The notes beneath the pieces are model-generated. The model searched no databases. It was not told the DNA's origin and saw only the letters and a list, made by a program, of their open reading frames with translations. The translations under genes and the position numbers were made by a program. A stretch of DNA of 61,346 bases, the filler included, from Stramenopiles sp. TOSAG23-2 (Eukaryota): assembly GCA_900128395.1 (NCBI GenBank). It is 4 parts of 4 records of this genome, joined end to end, with 100 filler letters (N's around TTAATTAATTAA, not from the genome) between each part and the next. Parts side by side here need not be neighbours in the genome. Positions count along the whole stretch, not along the records: positions 46,123 to 61,346 come from LT649720.1; 3 more parts are not named here. The stretch is one strand, 5' to 3'. Positions 53,090-61,346 of the stretch are shown in pieces; positions within the stretch are counted from its first letter, which is position 1, and each line of letters opens with the position of its first letter.

Positions 53090-55927
53090 TTAACTCTTTT
53101 GTTCCGCCTCTTTCTTAGCATTAGCTTGACGCCTTGCTTTTCTTCTTTGTTTTTTCTCTTTTTTAATATCTTCAATTTTCTTAGCATCTGGATTTTTAGT
53201 TAAAATAATAAATCCTTCTAAGACTTTACTTTCGGGTATATATTCATCAGAAGCTAATTCTGCACGATCACCAACAGATAATAAAACTGGCGTAGTATGA
53301 GTTTGGAAGCCTGTAATTGTTTTAGGACGGCCAGCTTGCCCAACTGTTTCCACCGCTTCACCAACACGAACATTGGTATTCAATGCATTTCCTTCATCAT
53401 CAACTGTTAATAACATACGTGGCCTCATTGCACATGCCAATGAATATAACATGTAATGGTATTGGCCACACAAAGTGTTTTTGATATCTAAACACATATG
53501 TGCACAAACGACCAATGCAGCAAGTGCTGGTGCGGATGTTAATAATTTATCGCTATGATCAGGCGTAATCGTAACTAATCCTTTTCCCATATGTAATAAA
53601 CCTTGTGCGATACGTACTACAAATAAATGATTTGCCTCTTTATGATAGAAACTACTCAATTGCCTTAACAAGCCGGCGACTCTTGAATTATTAGTACCAG
53701 CACCAACTAAACCAAGACCAAAAATGGCACTCATAGCAACTTCCGCATCTTGATCGTGCGTTAGTTTCGATAAAATATCAATAACGCTATAATCAGGATC
53801 TGAGACATGCAACATAGCAACTGCGATCGGCACACCACGGCGTACTGGCACTTCACCATATTGCAACAAATGATCCATAGTTCTCAATGCCATTTCATTG
53901 CCGACTGATTCTAAATTGCATATTAATGATATTCCAAGCACAGCAACAGCTTGGTATGGCGCATCGTCTAAATGTTCAGCGCATTCATGCAACATTTTTT
54001 GCACTTCCAATACATTTCCAGTATTTGCATATGCGCATGTACGTAACGTAATTTCTGCATATTTTGCAATTTTATGATCAATTGTTTTGATCATTTCAAG
54101 TATTGCATCTGCTTTCTCGCCACGTCCCAAAAATAATAAACCTAAACCTAAAATTAAAAACTTTGCTATTGGCTTGTTTAAATCATCCTCAGAAGCTTCC
54201 ATCAAACGTTGCATTATTGTTTGGCAAGCTTCCTCGTTGCACGTACCTGCAAATACCAAGCCGATCGCAATACTACCCATAGCAGCTACTTGTATACTAG
54301 CATCTTCCTCAACGACCGTTGTCAATGAATCCAACACCGTTTGCTTTGGATTGCCACTGTATGCAATTCCTAATGATAAGACAGCAGCGCTACGTACGGA
54401 TTCGCTATTTTTCGCATCAAAATGCTCTGGTAATAAACCATGTGCAGAGTCACATTCATCTCTTACACCAGAATTTGTTATACCCATCGCTAATAACGCG
54501 CCAGCTTTTACGTTATCATCATTCGTATATAAATACTTGTCAAGAGCAGTCAAACCTTCATCTGGTTTCCATAGCAACACCATGCCGATGGAAGCAGTAG
54601 CACTAATTTTACCATGCTCCTTATTTTTATGGACCCAACCACTATCCTCTGGTGTAACTAATTTATCGTTTCCATAACCACAATTAACAAATGCATTTAC
54701 GAAGGACGATGCTAAATTTTGCCTAGCGCTTTCAACTTTTGCTGCTTTGTCTTTGTCACGTTTAAATCCGCCTGTTTCCGATAAATGAGATTTGTAAACA
54801 TCCTCCGGCGTCTTTGCTTCTTCCACATCAAGTTCTCTTGCTAACGTTGCAAATGCTTCAGATACACTAGCATTACCAGATGCATTGTTGAAATCATCAA
54901 CATCATCTTCTGGAACTTTAATAAATGTTAATCCAGCATTTTCTTCATCTTCATCTTCATCATCTTCCTCCTCTTCATCTTTAAATAATATATCAAAACG
55001 ACGATGGGTGCCTACGACATATGCCATTTGCTTTCGCGTTAATTTGCTTTTACATGATTCAAATGTTTTCACAATACGATCCGTGCTTTCCATTCTCAAC
55101 GCAACACGCAATGCATCGACGTATTGCTCATGCCTTAAATATAATTCATACGTAACATTCAACATTTTTTCAAGCTCATCCTCTTCCGCCATGTAATCTG
55201 ACGTACGCAATAAATATAATGTTACACGTTCATAATTATTCACATCTAAACTTTTCTCCGATAATAACAATTCAAGCATTTCTACTTCGATTAATAAATC
55301 AACCGCATCATGTTCCGCATTGTGTTGTAAATGAAATGGCACAATATCTTTCACAAGTAAAATTAAATCATCCGTACTTTCTTTTGTATCACCTGTTGTA
55401 CGCGCATCATATTCTTGTCCAACTTCACCAGACAACGTTCTAACATATTCATGACCCCAATCTCCTAATTCTTTTGTATTGCCTTCCATCTTGTATTTCA
55501 AACATGTACGCGTTTCCGGCTTTGCCATGGTCATTGCTAATACACTTAAAACATCAGCTAATTCCTTTTTATTTGGTGATCCGTCTTTCTTGCCATTGTA
55601 AAAATTTACTAGAGTGTCGTAATGTGGTCTTAAAAATTTCAATGGTTTTGGCACGCTAGTCATCGTAGATGTAGCAGAACGAATTTCCTTACGCATCGTT
55701 TCTAATGCAAGTTTACAAACGCCATCATTGCTATCTTGCACACGCTCTACAGCTAATTCAAGCCCATCTTTCAATGCTTGATCCTCCGGGCTTAGTTCTA
55801 CTTCGTCTTCCTTTGCAACACCTGGTAATGGAGCTTCTGAAGAGTCTTTCTTCGTTTCATCCTTTTCTTTCTTTTCTTTTTCTGAGACTTTTATTTGAAC
55901 TGCCTTTTTATCTCCACCTTTCACCAT
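53090..55927 (-). CDS. RPN1: 26S proteasome regulatory subunit RPN1/PSMD2
   Basis: TSTMTSVPKPLKFLRPHY, WGHEYVR, GAGTNNSR, VGQAGRPKTITGFQTHTTPVLL. Confidence 0.97.
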   Translation of the reverse strand: MVKGGDKKAVQIKVSEKEKKEKDETKKDSSEAPLPGVAKEDEVELSPEDQALKDGLELAVERVQDSNDGVCKLALETMRKEIRSATSTMTSVPKPLKFLRPHYDTLVNFYNGKKDGSPNKKELADVLSVLAMTMAKPETRTCLKYKMEGNTKELGDWGHEYVRTLSGEVGQEYDARTTGDTKESTDDLILLVKDIVPFHLQHNAEHDAVDLLIEVEMLELLLSEKSLDVNNYERVTLYLLRTSDYMAEEDELEKMLNVTYELYLRHEQYVDALRVALRMESTDRIVKTFESCKSKLTRKQMAYVVGTHRRFDILFKDEEEEDDEDEDEENAGLTFIKVPEDDVDDFNNASGNASVSEAFATLARELDVEEAKTPEDVYKSHLSETGGFKRDKDKAAKVESARQNLASSFVNAFVNCGYGNDKLVTPEDSGWVHKNKEHGKISATASIGMVLLWKPDEGLTALDKYLYTNDDNVKAGALLAMGITNSGVRDECDSAHGLLPEHFDAKNSESVRSAAVLSLGIAYSGNPKQTVLDSLTTVVEEDASIQVAAMGSIAIGLVFAGTCNEEACQTIMQRLMEASEDDLNKPIAKFLILGLGLLFLGRGEKADAILEMIKTIDHKIAKYAEITLRTCAYANTGNVLEVQKMLHECAEHLDDAPYQAVAVLGISLICNLESVGNEMALRTMDHLLQYGEVPVRRGVPIAVAMLHVSDPDYSVIDILSKLTHDQDAEVAMSAIFGLGLVGAGTNNSRVAGLLRQLSSFYHKEANHLFVVRIAQGLLHMGKGLVTITPDHSDKLLTSAPALAALVVCAHMCLDIKNTLCGQYHYMLYSLACAMRPRMLLTVDDEGNALNTNVRVGEAVETVGQAGRPKTITGFQTHTTPVLLSVGDRAELASDEYIPESKVLEGFIILTKNPDAKKIEDIKKEKKQRRKARRQANAKKEAEQKS

Positions 55928-56021
55928 AATGAGCTGTCTTTATGTATATATCTTGGTAAGTTCCCTACTATGTATCCTGTATTTGTTGGATTCTGTTTTT
56001 GTTGGATGATGTTTTAGTTGT

Positions 56022-56078
56022 TCCTCTTATTCATATATATATATATATATATATATATTGATATATATATTGTCATAT

Positions 56079-56172
<94 letters not shown>

Positions 56173-56218
56173 CCTCTTATTCATATATATATATATATAT
56201 ATATATATTGATATATAT
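56022..56218. repeat. (TA)n microsatellite complex with duplicated flank
   Basis: Long (AT)n runs; tcctcttattcatatat...attgatatatat occurs twice. Confidence 0.9.
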
Positions 56219-56814
56219 TTAAATTTAAAATGTTGCAGTAGTAAATGTGGTTCTATTTTCAATACTATTTAGTGTTGTGTTAGTAGAATATAACTGAGTG
56301 TCATATTAGAAATCGATCAGAGTCATTCATTTTCAATCGATTCCTGTGTTTTATTAGATTTCAAATGAGATGAGGATGATAAATTAGATCTAGTATGGGA
56401 ATAGCAGGTCTTATATACATCATCACCATGCTATGTCAGTGCTCACTTACATTCTGATAGGAGCGGGAGAAAGCCTTGGAATACCACAATGGTGGTAGAA
56501 ACAATCTTCTTATTTTGAAAATACAATGGAAATAAGAATCGAATCCAATCAAGAGAGAGTCTACACAATACTATTTACCTACTAATTATAGAATATCATT
56601 TTTTCCCTCCGAGATTTTCAAATATAGAAGATATCCGGATGGGATAGATATATGTATATCTAGCTACACAGATAGATATATCATATAGGTAGATAGATAG
56701 ACAGGCACATATACATATTGGATATCTTTTTTACATACCAGGATAGTAACCACATTTAATAAATAAAGAAATAAATACACGGATATCCTTACATATACAA
56801 AATTAATAAGCAAG

Positions 56815-57951
56815 ATGAATACCTTTGATTCGGATACAGAGGAAAATAATAATAATAATGATGACGTAATTATGTCACAAAAAGATGGGGCTTCAAATAA
56901 TAATAATAATAATAATAACGATAATAGCAACGAAGGAGACAGTAGCAACAATATCGATGGCACCGTAAAGAATTCAGAAAGTCAAGTACAAGCTAGCCAA
57001 TCAATGCCTTCATCAATTGATGAAGAAGGTAATTTTAGAAACATGAACGATGGTGATGATATGAACGGGAATAGAAATCAAACAAGGGCTAATGCCCCAT
57101 CTCCAGGTTCTGAAAATAGTAGGCCAAACTCTCCAGGTTTTCGTTTACGGGATTCTCCACAAAATAGCCCGGGAAGAAACGATAATTATAATGGGTCTTC
57201 GAATGGAAGTAGCGGCATGCAAGGGAGAAGAAGTACCAGTGGTAGACGAAGCCGTAGTGGAAGTGTCACTGCAACTCCAATGTCCAATATTTCGAGATCA
57301 TTTGCAACACCTGGACAAAATGTTATGTCCTCTGGTGGCAAATCAAGTATTGGATCTAGGACACCTTTATCTCAACGTGGTTTAAGGGATAGGATACCAC
57401 GTGGTGATCTTGGGCATCGTTCAGCTGTACGCTCAAGCGCTAGTAGACGCGGTAGGCATGGTGCATTGCCACCTATTAGCCCAGCACTTCCAACTTCTGG
57501 ATTAGGAATGGTTGGGCCAACACCACCATCAACACCTGGTTCAGCAATATTATCTGAAATACGTGCTGTTCCGCAATCAGCTCTATCTCAAATGTCCATG
57601 TCGGAAAATAACATGGGCAGTGGAAGTTCATTAAATTCAAGTGTTGGTGATGTTACATCGCAAGCTGGTAATGCAGAAATCAACCATGCTGTTATTTGGG
57701 GTACAACAATCAATGTAAATGATGCAATGTCATCATTTCGTCGATTTTTAAATGAATTTCGTCTTCCACGCGAGAATGATAATTTTGATGGAATGAATAA
57801 CAACAATAGTAGTAATAATGCATCAACAACAAGTAATACTACTACTACTACTACTACGACGACGACGACGACGACTACCACAACGACCACAGCAACAACA
57901 GAAGCTGCAACATCAAATAATGCACCGGATGATATCGAAGATAATGATAAC

Positions 57952-57987
<36 letters not shown>

Positions 57988-60105
57988 GATAGTAATGAAA
58001 ATGATGGATTAGATGAACCATATTATTTTCAAATATTCGCTGAAATTAAAGAATCGCAAGTATATAATATCAATATTGATTGTCACAATTTGTATAATTT
58101 TCAACCTACTCGTAGATTGTATACGCAATTGCTGCATTATCCACAAGAAATCATACCAATCATGGACTTAGTTGTTCATCAAGAATTTACACAATTATAT
58201 GGCGAAGTTGAATTGCAACATAATAGGATTCAAGTTCGTACGTTCAATTTAATTGAATCTAGAACGATGCGCGATTTAAACCCTTCCGATATTGATCAAC
58301 TTGTATCTGTTCGGGGAATGATTATTCGTACAAGTCAAGTCATCCCTGATTTGAAACAAGCATTTTTTCGTTGCATGGTGTGCCGAGCAACAACAGAAGT
58401 TATGATTGACCGTGGAAGAATTGAAGAGCCTACGTCTTGCACAAATTGTGGTACCAGATTATGCATGCAACTAGTACATAATCGTTGTTGGTTTACTGAT
58501 AAGCAATTAGTGAAATTGCAAGAATCCCCAGAAGCAATACCAGAAGGTGAAACGCCGACTACGATGTCATTATATGCATTTGATGATTTAGTTGATGTTG
58601 GGAAACCTGGTGATAGGGTTGAAGTCACTGGAATTTATCGCGCAGTTCCTATACGCCCAAATCCAAAACGAAGGACGGTAAAAGCGGTATATCGTACTTA
58701 TATTGATGTCATACATTTTCGTAAAACGAAAAAAGGCCAATTAACGACGGAAAATGCGAATGCGGATCCAAATAGTGAATATCACACTACCTTTGCGGAA
58801 GGTGATGAAGTAGAAGTAGTAACTGAAGCAAGGAGAAGGAAATTAGCTGAGTTATCAAAAGATCCAGAAATATATAATAAACTTTCACATGCATTAGCAC
58901 CTTCCGTATGGGAAATGGACGATGTGAAAAAAGGTATCTTATTGATGTTGTTTGGTGGTACAAATAAAGTTTTGCCAAATAAAAAATTGAGAGGTGAAAT
59001 CAATATTTTATTATGTGGAGATCCAGGTACTAGTAAATCGCAATTACTTGGATACGTCCATAAAATTGCACCGCGTGGGATGTATACAAGTGGTAAAGGT
59101 AGCAGTGCAGTAGGTTTAACTGCATATATTTCGAAAGATCCTGAAACGAAAGAGTTAACGTTGGAAAGTGGTGCATTAGTATTAAGTGATCGTGGTGTAT
59201 GTTGCATTGATGAATTTGATAAAATGTCAGATACGACTAGGGCAATCTTACACGAAGCAATGGAGCAACAAACGGTTTCAATTGCGAAAGCAGGTATTAT
59301 TGCTACATTAAATGCACGTACGTCCGTATTGGCATCTGCAAATCCAGTAGAATCGCGTTATAATCCAAATTTATCCGTGATTGAAAATATACGTTTGACC
59401 CCAACATTATTATCTCGATTTGATTTAATATATTTAGTATTGGATAAACCAAATGCAGAAACAGATCGACGATTAGCGCGACATTTAGTAAATTTATATT
59501 ATGATGTGCCAACTACGCGTCAACCAGAATTGAAAAAGAAAGAATTAGCGGAATATATTAGTTATGCTAGAGAAAACATACATCCTAAACTGACAAATGA
59601 AGCCGGCGATGCATTGGTGGAAGGATATGTCGATATGAGACGATTAGGAATTAATCACCAAACAGCTAAAAAAGTTATTACATCAACACCACGGCAATTG
59701 GAATCGTTGATTCGTTTATCAGAGGCACATGCACGTTTACATTTTTCTGATGTTGTAACACGTAGAGATGTTGAGGAAGCAATACGTTTGATGAATGTTG
59801 CAACACATAAAGCAGCGACTGATCCACGTACTGGTGCAATTGATATGGATATGATTACAACAGGTAGAACAGCGTTGGGACGACAAGAACAAGTTGCATT
59901 AGCAAAAGAATTGCAAAATATGTTATATGCATATCGTGGAGCACATTTAACCTTTTTTGAAATACAACAACAAATGGAACAGCAAAGTGATCGAGAAATA
60001 CAAGATAATGATTTAGAAGAAGCCATTGGCATGTTAGTTGATGAAAATATTATGACGTATGTAAATATGACAAAGAAATATAGGATTGCAAGTAATTTTT
60101 CATAA
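56815..60105 (+). CDS. MCM4: DNA replication licensing factor MCM4
   Basis: VIWGTTINV, YPQEIIPIMD, C..C zinc finger, GDPGTSKSQLL, CCIDEFDKM, LLSRFDLIYL, TPRQLESLIRLSEAHA, ATDPRTGAIDMD; long SP/TP-rich N-terminus. Confidence 0.97.
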
Positions 60106-60495
60106 AATTAAAAGTACGACGGAAACATGTATATAATTTATATAAATATTAAAAGGATCAATATGGATGATAAATATGATATAATTATTTATTGAAAAAG
60201 GTTTTTTTAAATAACATATTACATACTTCGTACTAATGATGTTTAATATATTATATATATTTACACGAGAAGTGTAAAATTATTATAACTTACGAGGCGT
60301 TCGTAGATTTTAACCATCAATTATAATATTTAAATATGAAAGTATGATATCATATCATATACATATATATATGATATGATATAATATGATGATTTTCATT
60401 ATTTTACTGAATCGTGTACGACGCGTATGTTATTTTAACACACGATTATTTATAATATATAATATATGAACCGTATATTAGTTGCTTTTGGTGCC

Positions 60496-60642
60496 TTATC
60501 CAACAGTTTTTTTTCTACGCTTACTAAGATTTTCCCTTTGCGCTTTTGCTGCTTTAGCTCTTTCGGCTGCTACAATTTCTGCAAGTTGTCTTCCCAAATC
60601 ATCTGCTGGTACCAAAGCAAAAGGATTATTTACATCAGCCAT
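60496..60642 (-). CDS. Candidate 48-aa microprotein
   Basis: MADVNNPFALVPADDLGRQLAEIVAAERAKAAKAQRENLSKRRKKTVG*; GC-richer island in AT-rich DNA; attATGG start context, as at RPN1 and the EcKL gene. Confidence 0.5.
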   Translation of the reverse strand: MADVNNPFALVPADDLGRQLAEIVAAERAKAAKAQRENLSKRRKKTVG

Positions 60643-61006
60643 AATTTTATGATATATGATACATAGATATATGTGTGTGTGTGCGTGTGTGTGTGTATGT
60701 ATGTATAAAATGTACTATGATGTGGTATGGTACGATATGATATGATATGTTTTGTTTTTTTCTTTGTTGTTGTTTGTTTGTTTTATCTTCTCTATTTATA
60801 TTTTTTCAAAGAGAATGTAAATATATTTATATCTTCAACATATTTTTTCCATTGTGTGTAGTTATAAAAAAAATTGATTCCTTTTATTTTCAATAATGTG
60901 CTAAATCAAGAAGAATCAAGAATCACAAAAGAATCAAAATAAAAAATGAAGAATTATAATAATAAACTAAAACAGAGACATAGATAGATAGAGAGATAGA
61001 TAGAGA

Positions 61007-61346
61007 ATGACATATAAGAAAATACATTCAAAGATGAAGATAACTTTCACCAGCAAAGCCGATAGGGCGAAACGAAAAGAAATAGAAAAAGAAAAGAAAA
61101 AGAAAGAAGAAGATGAAAGAAGAAAAAGAAGAAAGTTAAAAAATAAACAAAGACTTTCTTCTAATTATAATAATAATAATGGCAGCAGCGGCAATAATAA
61201 TAATAATAATAATGGCAGCAGCAGCAGCAGCAGCAATAATAATAATAACAATCACAAGAACAATACCATCAAAAGTAATAATCGTAAAAAAAAAAAGAAG
61301 AAAAAGAACTTTTTCGACTGGGATGATACTGAAGATACAACCCAAG
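61007..61346 (+). CDS. PRP28: N-terminus of PRP28/DDX23-like spliceosomal DEAD-box helicase (3'-truncated)
   Basis: Frame open to the window end: MKITFTSKADRAKR...KKKKKKKNFFDWDDTEDTTQ, resembling the DDX23 motifs KFLSKAER and FVFEWDASEDTS. Absent from the ORF track because it has no stop. Confidence 0.6.
   Translation, partial: MTYKKIHSKMKITFTSKADRAKRKEIEKEKKKKEEDERRKRRKLKNKQRLSSNYNNNNGSSGNNNNNNNGSSSSSSNNNNNNHKNNTIKSNNRKKKKKKKNFFDWDDTEDTTQ

Noticed and set aside
56014-56262. 82-aa (IY)n ORF
   Set aside because: Translation of a (TA)n microsatellite.
445-60105. Apparent replication gene cluster (Treslin with MCM4), and two GSTs in one window
   Set aside because: The genes lie on different contigs joined by artificial linkers.
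61136-61345. Minus-strand hydrophobic ORF (poly-Ile/Ala)
   Set aside because: Antisense reading of the AAT/AGC repeats in the plus-strand PRP28-like frame.

Overview
AT-rich, intron-poor eukaryotic DNA in the standard genetic code, with many poly-Asn/Thr tracts and (TA)n microsatellites. It looks like a protist, plausibly a stramenopile single-cell or metagenome assembly; that taxonomy is an impression, not a search result. The window is not one locus. It is four contigs of about 15.2-15.3 kb (1-15302, 15403-30691, 30792-46022, 46123-61346), in descending length order and joined by artificial N44-TTAATTAATTAA-N44 linkers, so gene neighbourhoods across linkers mean nothing. Recognisable genes: Treslin/TICRR-like, Elongin B-like, SDR, lipocalin, HxxxD acyltransferase, SET methyltransferase, GH31, CHD remodeler, GST zeta, EcKL kinase, kinesin-14, CAMK kinase, a second GST, RPN1, MCM4 and a probable PRP28 N-terminus. 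Three GT-AG introns were resolved by hand. Best candidates for something new: (1) a ~1000-aa protein fusing three RlaP/YcgL-like (PF10127-type) Pol-beta nucleotidyltransferase modules, two with intact DxD motifs, resembling a fused eukaryotic version of a bacterial RNA-repair pair; (2) a SAP/HEH + 3xKOW + caspase-like (His-Cys dyad) protease, a possible nucleic-acid-coupled protease; (3) a calponin-homology kinesin-14 outside land plants; (4) a 54-bp-arm near-perfect hairpin; (5) a mosaic of gene fragments including an MLKL-like kinase relic and an 82-bp templated insertion with an 18-bp duplication. All family calls come from motif recognition by eye, without database searches.
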